A DNA stretch of 64,000 nucleotides, taken from a virus (taxonomy: Duplodnaviria; Caudoviricetes). The notes under the pieces were generated by a model, which did not search any database, had not been told where the DNA came from, and was given only the letters and a program-made list of their open reading frames with translations. A program made the translations under genes and the position numbers. Every line of letters begins with the position of its first letter. The first letter of the stretch is position 1. Below, piece after piece: positions 13,878 through 24,354 of this stretch. The stretch lies in IMG/VR virus record IMGVR_UViG_3300033121_001334, positions 10,564 through 74,563 of that record. The stretch is one strand, 5' to 3'.

Positions 13878-15548
13878 TCAGTTGAGGCTATCAATCATTT
13901 CCCGCATCGCTTTGTAAGCTCTACGCTCGTCAAAGCACTCGTCAATTCTTGTAAGCAGGGACGCAAACTCTTCATTATGCCAGTTGCAAATTGTATGCGC
14001 AACCTCGTGTTTTGCCAAAGCCATCAACTTTTTCTGGTCTTCTTGGCTCCTGATGCCATACAACAACTTGCCGTCCTCGCTAACAGGATTCAACAACAAA
14101 GCTGAACCGCCGCTAACCGGCATATGCTTCGCTTTGGCGGTGTCCGAAAAAGTCCAACCAATCCCCCAAACAACCTGAGCAATCGATTCGTCGCCCTTCA
14201 TCATTGCGTCAACCGCATACTGACAGGCAACCTTCCACAACATCAAGAGCTTATACATAATAAAACCCTTGTTATAAGTCTTGTCTCCATGCTCCATTAC
14301 AATCCAATTCTCAGGATTGTAAGAATCAATAACCCTCCTAATGTTCTCATTCTCCGTGTCGTCGTCAATGAAAATATCAGGAAGCCCGCTATGAAACTTT
14401 TCGCCGATTCTATTCGGAAGCGTTTCAACAACGGGAGTATTCTTCAGACGATCAAGCATCTCGCCGCCGCCCAAAACCCCGCCAATAACTTCCGCAGCGC
14501 GAAAGGTCGTTGTATCCAAAATCGCTGATCGACGAACTTCCTCGCCTTCAACAGGTCTTGTATAAACCGAACCCGAAGCGCGACCTGCTGCAAAAACCTT
14601 GATTTCTTCGCCAGACTCAATCTTCGGAAGTTTAGTTCCAGCCTTCGGCGAAACCGAGAAGATAAGCCCTCGACCCTTGATCGTTGCGTCCTTCTTCTTG
14701 AAGCGAGGCTTCAGAGCCGAGACCGTATCAACCGCAAGCTCCTGCACAAATGCCTCAAGAACAGAAGAGTACAAAGAGTGCATGCCGTCTCGATTTGCCG
14801 TCAAAACCTCTCGACTCAGATTTGGCTCAACCTCAACAATGACTTGAGCCCTGGCTCCAATCGACTGACTGTACATGACCGCGCCAGCAACTCGCACAAG
14901 CAGCCGATGATTTGCAGCCGACTTGTTAACATAAACGTTCGCAAAAGGAACATTGTTAACAAGAAGCTGACGAGTAAGCTGACGACGATGGTTCCATCCC
15001 GTAAACCGAATGCCATTAACATAAACGTCGCAATACATCTGACTATTGCGAAGATAGTTATCAAGCTCGCTGGAAAGACGATCGTAACTCTCGTCCTCGA
15101 TCTCAACCTGAAGAAGACAACCATGACGAAGATCGACCGTTGCGATTTCGTAAGAACCGCCCTCGCCCTGAACCAAGTTGTCCTGCGTATGAATCGTGTA
15201 GTTCTTCATGGAGAAACAGGTCAACAGTCTGGCTCGACCAAACCCGCCAACCGTTGAGCCGCCAGTCTTGGTCGTCGAACCAAGACTGAAATAAACGTTC
15301 TCCAAAACTTCCCGACTCATGCCGGTGCCATTGTCGTCAAATGAAATCCCAATGACACCGTTGTCTTTCCTGACAATCTCAACATCAATCCGAGAAGCCT
15401 TTGCGTCTGTTGAGTTCTGGAAAAGTTCGCGCCAAAAAGCAAACTGCCAGTTCGAATACATCCGCCGCTCTTTGACGAAAAAAGACTTTGGAACCATTAC
15501 GCTAGGCATTTGGTCGGTATCTCCGTTGGTGAAGCTTACGCTTTTCAA
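13878..15548 (-). CDS. GHKL (Hsp90-like) ATPase with a C-terminal HExxH motif
   Basis: RELFQNSTDA, DDNGTGM, GGFGRA; KHEVAH near the C-terminus. Confidence 0.85.
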   Translation of the reverse strand: MKSVSFTNGDTDQMPSVMVPKSFFVKERRMYSNWQFAFWRELFQNSTDAKASRIDVEIVRKDNGVIGISFDDNGTGMSREVLENVYFSLGSTTKTGGSTVGGFGRARLLTCFSMKNYTIHTQDNLVQGEGGSYEIATVDLRHGCLLQVEIEDESYDRLSSELDNYLRNSQMYCDVYVNGIRFTGWNHRRQLTRQLLVNNVPFANVYVNKSAANHRLLVRVAGAVMYSQSIGARAQVIVEVEPNLSREVLTANRDGMHSLYSSVLEAFVQELAVDTVSALKPRFKKKDATIKGRGLIFSVSPKAGTKLPKIESGEEIKVFAAGRASGSVYTRPVEGEEVRRSAILDTTTFRAAEVIGGVLGGGEMLDRLKNTPVVETLPNRIGEKFHSGLPDIFIDDDTENENIRRVIDSYNPENWIVMEHGDKTYNKGFIMYKLLMLWKVACQYAVDAMMKGDESIAQVVWGIGWTFSDTAKAKHMPVSGGSALLLNPVSEDGKLLYGIRSQEDQKKLMALAKHEVAHTICNWHNEEFASLLTRIDECFDERRAYKAMREMIDSLN

Positions 15549-15582
15549 CCGTATACGGAAAGTTTAGTTCTAAGAGTTAAAT

Positions 15583-15613
15583 AAAAATCCCCCCGCTCCG
15601 AAGAGCAGGGGGG
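15583..15613 (-). terminator. Intrinsic terminator
   Basis: GC-rich hairpin CCCCCC-GCTC/GAGC-GGGGGG with a T-tract on the minus strand. Confidence 0.7.
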
Positions 15614-15642
15614 ACTCTGAAAGAGACGCCGACGTTGCTGGC

Positions 15643-16143
15643 TTACTCGCCCTCGACGACGATTGCGTCCTCGGGGTTGGCGAGGTAGGCGTCCATGCCG
15701 CTGCCAGCCTGGTACTGGCCGCGATCAACCCGGACGCAGACGGGCGACTTGCCCATGCGGAGGTTCGCCAGCTTGCTGAGGGACTGAGCGACCATCGTGG
15801 GGTAGTTTTCCGCGGTCGTGTTGTAGCCGTTCTTCTTGACCTTCTCGCAGATCTGCGTGGTCGTCTGCGCCCGCTTCGCAGTCAACGACTGAGCAACCGC
15901 CGTGATGAGCGAAACCTCGTTGGAAGCGCGAGACTTGCGACCGCCCTTGCGGACGGTGCCGCCCAAGCTCTTGATCTGCGCCTGGACCGTCGCCCGCTCG
16001 GCGTCGATCTCGGCAAGACGAGCCTTCGCCGAAGCGAGGCCAGCCGACCGCGCCGTCTCCAGAGCAGCCTGAGCCGCCGCCATCTGCGCCTCCGCATCCG
16101 CCAAAGAAACCGTCGAACCGTTCTGAGTGCCCTTCGTCGCCAT
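15643..16143 (-). CDS. Basic Ala-rich DNA-binding protein (coiled coil plus winged-helix-like), candidate nucleoid-associated protein
   Basis: Strong AGGAG RBS, distinct high-GC codon use, own terminator. Confidence 0.6.
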   Translation of the reverse strand: MATKGTQNGSTVSLADAEAQMAAAQAALETARSAGLASAKARLAEIDAERATVQAQIKSLGGTVRKGGRKSRASNEVSLITAVAQSLTAKRAQTTTQICEKVKKNGYNTTAENYPTMVAQSLSKLANLRMGKSPVCVRVDRGQYQAGSGMDAYLANPEDAIVVEGE

Positions 16144-16497
16144 TTGTATTTCTCCTACTTATGGCTTCCGTTGACTTCCAAGAACCGACTACTACTTTTC
16201 GTCGCCCTCAGTTGTCTATTCTTCAAAAACCCCAAGAAAGTTTAGTTCGGAGCTTTCTATTCGCCCTTGCCAACCTTCCCTTACGCCCTTTACGTTTTTC
16301 CCAAGAAAGTTTAGTCCTGGGCGGCGTTCCCCTTCTTACTCTAACTCGTACCTTTATACGAGTCAACCTTGTAAACCCCAATTTTCGCGGAAAAGTTTAG
16401 TCCTCCCCAAACTTTCTCTTTAAGGTTTGTAAACAGTTAGGGATACAAAGCCTTTATTACCCATTTCAAAGCCCGCCAAAAGTTTAGTTCTGGCTTT

Positions 16498-17556
16498 TTA
16501 CTCCTCCTTGTAGCCAAATCGAGTCAAATCTCCGACTTCTGCAACTGAAATAATCCCCTCAGCCATATGACGGAAGACGGCCCGTTTGCCCGTAGCCCCA
16601 TACCTGTTCTTCTCGTCGCAAGCAATAATGAATTCCGCAGGATCAAACTTATTCCTGTGAGCAATCATCTCAATGTCAACTTTGTGACCAGGATAAGTTC
16701 CTCCCTTTATTTTACCCTTTCCGTTGACATGCGAAATCAACCAGAAAGAAGTACCAAGAGAAGTAGCCATTGCCTTGTATGTAGTCAGAATAGTCGTAAT
16801 GCCAGAAGAAAAACGAGCCTGACGAGTATCCTGAATTGAATCAACAATCACCAACCTGGGACGATGCTCGTTAATCAACGACTCATGCTGCGTTAGATTG
16901 TCAGAGCTTGACAAAAGAATATTGTGCTTGTTCGTCCAAGATTTCCCGTTGCGACCAAGAAAAACCTCAACCTTCTCTTCGTTCTGAATAAACAGAACCC
17001 CGTTCAAATCCATCTCCTCGTCAGGAGGATAGTCAGGATGACCAACAGCGGCAGCAATCTGCACCGTCAATCGAGTCTTACCCATCCCCTTGGGAGCGCC
17101 GAAGATCAAACAGGCTCCTCTAGGAAGCCCTTCAGTTCCGCTTACGGGGTCAGTGCCAAGAACCTCGTCAACCCCCTTCAGCCCAAGACTAAAGCGAGGA
17201 CTATGAATTCTCTCAATCTCGCTCACATGACGAGCCGTACCGTCATCGTCTCTCAGCATGTCAAGAGCAGAAAGCTCCTGGCATTCGGAAAGATAACGGT
17301 GCTTGCACTTGCGGATTTGTTCCATCAGCCGCTGACGAAACAAAGCGTCATGCTTCGGGGCCACAACCCCAAACTTGTTCGCAATCTTTACCCGCTCGTC
17401 ATCTCGCTCAATCGCAGCCAGATTATGCTTGAAACGAGTCAGGTTGTACAAGATTGTATCATTGTCCGTTTTCTGATGAAGCAAAAGATTGATACGTTGC
17501 TCATTGGTGAGATTCTCTCCCTGATCGGAAGGAATAACATTACTCGACCTCGCCAT
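16498..17556 (-). CDS. radA: RadA/Sms-like RecA-fold ATPase
   Basis: Walker A GAPKGMGKT, Walker B LVIVDSIQ, HVNGKGKIKG and KNRYG (RadA KNRFG motif); lacks the Lon-like C-terminal domain. Confidence 0.8.
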   Translation of the reverse strand: MARSSNVIPSDQGENLTNEQRINLLLHQKTDNDTILYNLTRFKHNLAAIERDDERVKIANKFGVVAPKHDALFRQRLMEQIRKCKHRYLSECQELSALDMLRDDDGTARHVSEIERIHSPRFSLGLKGVDEVLGTDPVSGTEGLPRGACLIFGAPKGMGKTRLTVQIAAAVGHPDYPPDEEMDLNGVLFIQNEEKVEVFLGRNGKSWTNKHNILLSSSDNLTQHESLINEHRPRLVIVDSIQDTRQARFSSGITTILTTYKAMATSLGTSFWLISHVNGKGKIKGGTYPGHKVDIEMIAHRNKFDPAEFIIACDEKNRYGATGKRAVFRHMAEGIISVAEVGDLTRFGYKEE

Positions 17557-17725
17557 GCAGTTCCTCAGTTCTGTCCATAGAACAACCGCCTAACGTGCCA
17601 GCGGTCTGATCGTGCCTATCGGCCTTCAGCCCAAAGTTTAGTCCTACCCCAATACATACCATACAAATAAAAAGGCGTCCCAGCAACAAGCCAAGACGCC
17701 TTTACACGAGTTTTGTAGTTAGCTA

Positions 17726-18412
17726 TCAGTCCTCGTCAGAAGAGAACTCTTCCTCTTCGACCTCCGCCAAATGCTCGGCCTCGCTGATAATCAAACCCGC
17801 CGGAATGCTGTCAACCGTCTTCGTATACTTACGTTTGCGATTGGTATTCAACGGCTGAACAGGATCGCCGTCCGCAATGCCAGTTCTCAACTGAATCTTA
17901 ACTTGACGATTTGCGTCAACAACAATGTCAATGCAAGCCCCAACCTGCGCTAGCTTGAAACCATACGGATGATTGCCGCCTAAACGCTGAAGAACCTCAA
18001 CGTTCTGAAGGAAACGAGTAAAGTCGTCTCGGCCAGTCTCGACATTGCGACATGGACGCTCAGAGAATCGCTGCCACGCAGTCTTGCCAACCTTTATTGT
18101 CTCAGGCTTTGAGGTAATCTCCTGAAACTTCTTATAAACAATAGAAACAGGATGAGGCTTGCCTGTTCCTAAGGCAACAAGAGAGTCGATGATAAAACTG
18201 TATAGACGATTTGCTCCGTAAGGAGAAATAAAACGACCCTGTTCCTGCATTTGACGACGAACTTCAATGAGCTTGTCAGCCTTCAGATGATACTTGCGAG
18301 GAACCTTAGATTCTCCGCCCCTACCGTTCGCAACAGCCTTTCGCGCAGAAAGCGGAATGTTCGCATGACCCGCTATATCCATGTATAACTGTTGCTTGCT
18401 TTTTCTTGGCAT
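17726..18412 (-). CDS. Hypothetical basic protein
   Basis: 228-aa ORF followed by a hairpin terminator at about 17667-17703. Confidence 0.75.
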   Translation of the reverse strand: MPRKSKQQLYMDIAGHANIPLSARKAVANGRGGESKVPRKYHLKADKLIEVRRQMQEQGRFISPYGANRLYSFIIDSLVALGTGKPHPVSIVYKKFQEITSKPETIKVGKTAWQRFSERPCRNVETGRDDFTRFLQNVEVLQRLGGNHPYGFKLAQVGACIDIVVDANRQVKIQLRTGIADGDPVQPLNTNRKRKYTKTVDSIPAGLIISEAEHLAEVEEEEFSSDED

Positions 18413-18660
18413 AACAAAACTCCAGTTGCCAATCGGCTGCCTTGGCCTTTGCCCCGAAATATTCTAGGCTCCGACTTTTCCACCTGCACATGCAAAATCG
18501 TTCAACATAGCCTACCAAAATACAGAAATGCAGCCCCATAGCGCCCTATTGCGGTTTTTTGATTGCCATTTCTCCACTCCCAACCCCGCTCTCACACCCA
18601 TAACCATTCCGATAAACGTGTCATCAAACTCGTCAAGCAAACCCCGAAAGGCAGGTACTT

Positions 18661-19401
18661 ATGGAAGAACTTATTCCTATGACAGACTTCGACCAGAGAT
18701 ATTACCCTGAAATCTCTGAAGAAGATAAAGTTAACTTTATCATGCATTCTAATTCTTTTGAAAGAATAGTTCATAAGTATGACCAGATTCAGGCGCATCT
18801 TCTGATTCCGTCAAGAGCAGATCCAGCCGTTTCTGGTCAAATGAGATGCCTCCACCTCATTTTTGAACTTGCTAAAAATCCTGACCTCATCCCAAAACCA
18901 AATCTAATAACTCCTGCAAGTTTTGATAAACTCTTTCCCTGGGTTAGACAACTTCATAAAAACTTGCTCCACGATTTTTCGCGCAAAGGACAAGAACTCC
19001 TTAACCAAATCGATTACCCACAACCCGAAGAACTTGGTAGCTATAGAACCGAACCTAAAACCCTTGGCTCCCGCCTTATGCCCCCGCCCGACCAAATCAA
19101 AACCCTCCTCGCCACCCTCTTCTCAAATTACTCTAAAACTTATCACAAATATAAGGAAGGTATCGAAACACCTATCCTCATGGAAAAAGAACATTGGCTC
19201 GACCTAGAAAAACAAATCCACCTCGCCTCCCTCTCCTTCGCTTGCGTCAAACCTTTCAAAGAAGGCTCCAACCGTACCGCACGCCTCGTCGAAAATCTCC
19301 TCAGACTTAACACAGGCCTCAAGTTCACCTTCCATACTGATAAAGATAACTACCTCAGAGAACTCACATCCCTCCAAGATTCATCTTATAAGTTTTCTTA
19401 A
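18661..19401 (+). CDS. Fic/Doc-family protein with a degenerate active-site motif
   Basis: KPFKEGSNRTARL in place of HPFxxGNGRxxR; SNSFE and LGSYRTEP segments typical of Fic folds. Confidence 0.7.
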   Translation: MEELIPMTDFDQRYYPEISEEDKVNFIMHSNSFERIVHKYDQIQAHLLIPSRADPAVSGQMRCLHLIFELAKNPDLIPKPNLITPASFDKLFPWVRQLHKNLLHDFSRKGQELLNQIDYPQPEELGSYRTEPKTLGSRLMPPPDQIKTLLATLFSNYSKTYHKYKEGIETPILMEKEHWLDLEKQIHLASLSFACVKPFKEGSNRTARLVENLLRLNTGLKFTFHTDKDNYLRELTSLQDSSYKFS

Positions 19402-19468
19402 ACAGTGGTACAGTTTCGTTGCGCAGTGGAACGTTCTCTAATTATATTCTTCTTAAGAAGAATATAAT

Positions 19469-20143
19469 TCACCGGAGAGTCTTTAGTATCTTCTCGACAA
19501 CATTCGTGCCAGAAGAAAGTTGACGAACAGCGTCCTCGCCAATACCAGAAAGTAGCTCTCGCCGCGCAGTGCTAACAATCAACTGATTGTCCCTCTCCAA
19601 ACTCTTCTTAACCAAGACTCTCAAAAATTCCCGCGCACAAGAATCATCTAACCCTACATCAAACGAATCAACCCAGATAACACTGTTCCTAATCTCCCCC
19701 TTGTACAAATCAGTCAATACCGCCCGCGCCTTCTCTACCCCAAGCCCTCCTGAATCCAAAGCACTACCACTAATAAAACTCCTCATACACAAAGCAGAGT
19801 TGTACCCCAGTAACCCACCTAACACCTGATGCTCTTTCAAAATGGTATCAGGAAATACCAAACTTTGCACTACTCTCCCCTGCTTTACAATACCAGTAGC
19901 TATAGCGCCACCATATTCTAATTCCCCATACCCGCTCACTTTATCCCAATCTAGAAAACAAGTATCAGGATACATGGCATTACGAAATAACCTCAATGCC
20001 ATTTTTTGTAGCATGCTCTTGCCAGAACCATTACCGCCAACTATCCCAACAATAGGTAATGGACTACCAGAATCTCCTCGTAAATCTACCGTAGCCTTGC
20101 CAGAACCCCAATCCGCTTCCAAACGCCGTACTCGCATAATCAA
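19469..20143 (-). CDS. ABC/AAA-type P-loop ATPase-like protein
   Basis: GIVGGNGSGKS; IWVDSFDVGLD (Walker B-like); QLIVST. Confidence 0.7.
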   Translation of the reverse strand: MIMRVRRLEADWGSGKATVDLRGDSGSPLPIVGIVGGNGSGKSMLQKMALRLFRNAMYPDTCFLDWDKVSGYGELEYGGAIATGIVKQGRVVQSLVFPDTILKEHQVLGGLLGYNSALCMRSFISGSALDSGGLGVEKARAVLTDLYKGEIRNSVIWVDSFDVGLDDSCAREFLRVLVKKSLERDNQLIVSTARRELLSGIGEDAVRQLSSGTNVVEKILKTLR

Positions 20144-20173
20144 ACTCCTAACCGTCCCATAGGACTAAACTTT

Positions 20174-20355
20174 GTCGGTATTCCCCTCTAGAGGCCTCAC
20201 CCGCCTATTGCCCTCTTTCCTGCCCTTCGGAGAAGCACGAGGCTGCTGGAGCCGCCTAAAGGCTAGCTTTGCCCCTCCAGTCCTTCTCCGTTCTGGTAGG
20301 AGCAAAAGCTCGTAGCAGTCACCCTCTGTAGCTCGCTATGGAGGGTGATTGTCTT
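20174..20355. ncRNA. Candidate structured ncRNA or origin-associated hairpin region
   Basis: Non-coding and GC-rich; nested stems CGGAGAAG/CTTCTCCG and CTGGAG/CTCCAG; long hairpin CAGTCACCCTCTGTAGC/GCTATGGAGGGTGATTG; follows a plus-strand motif copy. Confidence 0.45.
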
Positions 20356-20663
20356 TACTGCTTCCAGAACTGCCAAGAAAACCGCTTCCCGTAAGTTCTT
20401 TTGCATGTCCAAAGCCTCAAACGCCCTATGACCTCAAAAAGAACAACTAAGAGAAATAAACTTAGTAATAGCGGCCAGAAGAAAAAGCCCAAGAGATACT
20501 CTTGAATGGAACGATCTCTTTTATCATTCTCTATTATGAACATCGTAACAACGCTCATGATAGTCCAAGCAAAAATATAATAAACGAATGGCGCAGTTAC
20601 CGGCGCAGCGGACGAACCTTGCAAAGCTAGATTCAGTGTTAGAAATCTTGCGCAGTGGACCAT
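20355..20663 (-). CDS. Small membrane protein
   Basis: Two hydrophobic segments; true start uncertain. Confidence 0.5.
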   Translation of the reverse strand: MVHCARFLTLNLALQGSSAAPVTAPFVYYIFAWTIMSVVTMFIIENDKRDRSIQEYLLGFFFWPLLLSLFLLVVLFEVIGRLRLWTCKRTYGKRFSWQFWKQ

Positions 20664-20702
20664 TTCAGTGTTACAACTTTCAGTGTTAGAGATTCAGTGT
20701 TA
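20632..20702. repeat. Four direct repeats TTCAGTGTTA (iteron-like)
   Basis: Copies at 20632, 20664, 20679 and 20693, followed by an AT-rich tract (about 20703-20755) and AAGTGGGGCA x2 (20811-20830). Confidence 0.8.
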
Positions 20703-20891
20703 GAAATTATAAGATTGTAGTTTATGTTTTGTGAATGTTAATTATTAGTTTGTAGGTCAGAGAGTCGCTAATCACCAGTTATTTGAAGCATGTCCCCATG
20801 AAATGTCATAAAGTGGGGCAAAGTGGGGCAGTCCTCTAACTCTTCCTACTACAAACCTTATTATTTCCTCACCAGAAGGGCTTCTACTCTT

Positions 20892-22972
20892 CTATTCTTT
20901 CTTAACAGCTACATCTTCTTCTAGCGGATCTTCTATCGCTACAATGTTCTGATTTTCTATTATAGTCTGGTTGTTTGCATTCTTTATATCAAGATTTGCA
21001 GGACATTGGGATTGCATGAGTTGTGATTGGAGCATTGACATTTTGACATTTTTACATTCATTCAAAGCTTCAGAAACGTCAACAAGGAGGGCATTAGTAG
21101 CGGCAGCGGCGAAGGTAAATGTCCAGCCTATAGCGACGACGAGCAGGGTTCCAACATTGAGGCCATTGAGAGAAGCGACGACGACAAAGTAGAATATAGC
21201 GAGGGGTATGCAGACCTTATAAATCTTATTCATTAGTTCTCTATTTGACTTTACCATTTTATCTGTACTACGACTTTAGTATAAGATTTGTTAGTGTGAG
21301 ATTTTCGAAGGTTTCGAAAGAGTGTGAATTATGATACTAGGTCATAACCTTTTCGTTGGAGTGTTGGTTGTGCGAGTTTGAGTTTTGTTGAGACTTGGGC
21401 TATAACTTGGAGGAGTTGTTCTTCGAATTTTGGGTCGCAGCAGATAGCTACGATTCGTCCTGGTTTGGTTTTGAGGGGGGGACCATTTTTCTTTAGCGGA
21501 CATTAGTTCAAAGTCTGCTTCTGAGATTTCTGTTATATCAGGAGCGAAGGCTATTTCGGCGATTTCTTTATAGGTTGTGAAAAAGAGCATTTTATGTTTA
21601 GGATTTTTGACGACAGCGACTGGTAGTTGAAGATAGTTTATACCTACTACTTCTAGGGAGAGTTCTGTTGGGAGGGAGGCTTTGAGTTCTTTACAGATAT
21701 TGTCAAAAGCTTTATCTCGTACTGCGAGATAATCTCTTTTGATGGTTACTTGTTGCGGGTTCTGTTGTGGGTTCTGCATTGGTTATTAGCTCCTTAGTCT
21801 TGGTGGTATTAGCGATGTTGGTGATGTTGTGAAGATTTGATTATTGCGCGAAAATATTAGGGGTTTAGGTTTTTATATCTTGGGGTTATAGAGACTGAGG
21901 GGTTAGGTGTACCGAGTCCTGTTTTGACGACTAGGTATTCTTGTTTATTATTGATATCATAGAGGACGAAGACGGAGAACTCTTGTTCTCTATTATATTG
22001 CCAGGGGGTAATAGTAAAAGAAAGGGGTTGGATAACAGGGGCATATTCTTTCTGCAAGATTTCCTGTTGTAACTTTTCTTTTTCTATAAGATTGAGTCTT
22101 TCTATTTCTTCTTCTTGTTCTTTTTGGAGTTGTTCGGCTCTACGTTGTTCGGCTCTAGCTTGAGCTTCTTTGGCGCGGACGTTGGCTCGTTCTTGGAGGA
22201 GCTTATTTTTTTCTTCTTGCAAGAGCTTCTGGGCTTGTGAAGATTTATCTTGCGCGATTTTTCCTTTTATGGGGAAATAGAAAGCGGCGAAGACGGCTAA
22301 GAGGGAGAAGGCGCATAGTATTATTTCAGGGAACGGGAAGTCTCTTGATTGTCTCATTATTTTTCTTCTTTCTTAGGTTTTGGCGAGATAGAGACGACTG
22401 TTCCGTTTTCAACGAGAACGTATTCGATATTATTTTCGATATCTTTGACAACAAAGACATATCGAGGGCTACCGATGCTTTCTATTATTTTTTGTGAAGG
22501 CTGCGGGTTATCTGTTTGGTTTATTGTTTTAGGCGGGTTAGAGAGAGCGGCGACCACGAGAGCGACGACGATGGCGATAAGGAGTCCGAAACAATGGTGG
22601 AGGTCGTTTTTTTCATATGCGCGGATTTTTAGTTCTTTGGGTGTTTATTCGTAAAAAGAGAATCGATGACGGCGAGGACTGCGTTAGACACGCCTACTAG
22701 GAGGAGGGCGGAGATGTCTACGATTCCGGCGGCGACAGAGAGGATTATTGAGCGGACGGCGTTCATTAGTGGCGATTTTTTCCGAGGCCAATAAAGGACA
22801 GGAACAGTTCAGAAGAGGCTTTTGCCAAGGTTTGCGCTGCAACGTCTTTAGGTATTCCCGATTCTATGAGATTATCATATAATCTTTTAAGGGAGGGGGT
22901 AATAAGGTCAACATAGCGGGCGGTTGCCTGGTCAAACTCTTGCATTTGTTGCGGGGTCATTTGGGGTGTCAT
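20892..22972 (-). other. Run of small hypothetical/membrane CDS (20892-21257, 21342-21779, 21857-22357, 22357-22557, 22766-22972)
   Basis: Tandem minus-strand ORFs, several with TM segments. Confidence 0.6.
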
Positions 22973-23059
22973 TTATTATCTTCCTATTACAAGAATAAAA
23001 AAGCCCTGCCATGCCGTCGTTAAGCAAAGCAGGGCCTGTAGGAGAAAGCGATTTAGGGC

Positions 23060-23443
23060 TCAATCTCGGACGTATTCGGTACGGCTGAGCAGGTGGTTTC
23101 TTTCGCGAACAATCTTGGACTTGTACTTACCCTTCGGGATATTGATGGGCTTATGTTCCTCATGTTCGATAGTCGAGTCTTCCTGGACATCGACATAGGT
23201 TTCCGCTTCTTCGCCCTTCTTGGGTTTGGATTTGAGGACGGTAGCTTTACCCTTGAGCTTATGGGAGTGTCCGGTGACTTCGCCATAAGCAACAACCGGC
23301 TCATGATGAGGGGTCAGTTTAGCGGGAAGCTTGTCAATCTTGAAGAGCAGAACGTCTCCCTGCTGGTAGTAGACTTCATTGCTAGCGGGTGTTGCGGCTT
23401 TGGTTGCGGTCTTTTTCTTCTCGGCCATTGTGTTTCCTTTCAT
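23060..23443 (-). CDS. Small beta-rich protein of the YQQGDV...GHSH...HEEH type
   Basis: QQGDVLL, AYGEVTGHSH, HEEHKPINIPKGKY; AAGGA RBS. Confidence 0.7.
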   Translation of the reverse strand: MKGNTMAEKKKTATKAATPASNEVYYQQGDVLLFKIDKLPAKLTPHHEPVVAYGEVTGHSHKLKGKATVLKSKPKKGEEAETYVDVQEDSTIEHEEHKPINIPKGKYKSKIVRERNHLLSRTEYVRD

Positions 23444-24354
23444 TATGAAACTTGGAGTTTATTTTCATCTTTTACAAGAGGTTTCTTGAAAAAATGAAAA
23501 CTTGTTTCTTGACAAAATCCTGATTTAAGACGGATCTTTTTACCATCGAATCCGGCAATATCTTCAAGCCGGAAAATAACTTGCCAAAGTTTGTCGGTTG
23601 TTTTAGGGCCGAAATATGTATGCGCGATAAACATATTAGAACAATGTAGGCCGGGTACGCATGTTAAAGAATCGTTTTCTGTTTCTGAGACATCTATAGA
23701 AAAACGTCCGGGTTTTTGTATAAAACTTTCATTATATTTACCCGAACAATCTGAGTTTGTTACTCTATAAGCTGTAAAATAACCATTAGAATCTGGAATA
23801 ATGTTTAGTATAGAGAGCATATAGGGAATTCGTTCATAAATATCACATTTCCAGTCGCCTCCCTGCCATGTACCTCCCTGCCATGTACCTCCCTGCCATG
23901 TACCATTATTCCAGATGCCATTTAGCCAGAGGCCATTTTTCCAGGTGCCGTTTAGCCAGATGCCATCTAGCCATTTGCCTCTTCCCCAGATGCCATCTAG
24001 CCATGCGCCGTTTTTCCAGGTGCCTTTTTCCCAGGTGCCGTCATGCCAAGTACCGTTTTTCCAAAGGCCATCTAGCCATGTGCCGTTTTCCCAAGTACCG
24101 CTTTCCCAGATGCCGTCATGCCAAATTAACAACCCATCATGGGTAATACTAACCGTTGCCGCTGTAGTAGATGCTTTATTTAGCCATAAAGTAGTTTGTT
24201 TTTGTTGTTCATTTGGTTCATTAACAGGAATATTTTCGCTATTTAGATAGGTAATTTTAATTGCTAAGACATTATCCATTGATGATTTCTTTATTTTAGA
24301 TAATGAAATTATGTCAAAGCGAGGGGCAGGGTCGTTGCTCCATGATTGCGCCAC
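23443..24354 (-). CDS. Protein with a G-x-W-x-x pentapeptide repeat tract
   Basis: About 18 tandem units (GIWES GTWEN GTWLD GLWKN ...) encoded by 15-nt repeats at about 23850-24125. Confidence 0.75.
   Translation of the reverse strand: MAQSWSNDPAPRFDIISLSKIKKSSMDNVLAIKITYLNSENIPVNEPNEQQKQTTLWLNKASTTAATVSITHDGLLIWHDGIWESGTWENGTWLDGLWKNGTWHDGTWEKGTWKNGAWLDGIWGRGKWLDGIWLNGTWKNGLWLNGIWNNGTWQGGTWQGGTWQGGDWKCDIYERIPYMLSILNIIPDSNGYFTAYRVTNSDCSGKYNESFIQKPGRFSIDVSETENDSLTCVPGLHCSNMFIAHTYFGPKTTDKLWQVIFRLEDIAGFDGKKIRLKSGFCQETSFHFFKKPLVKDENKLQVS

Noticed and set aside
16237-16490. CRISPR-like mini-array made of the four motif copies
   Set aside because: The shared core is only about 12 bp, not palindromic, with irregular 69-87 bp spacing, and no cas genes are in the window.
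23850-24125. Diversity-generating retroelement template/variable repeat
   Set aside because: The repeats are in-frame pentapeptide units, with no adenine-specific mismatch pair and no reverse transcriptase gene.
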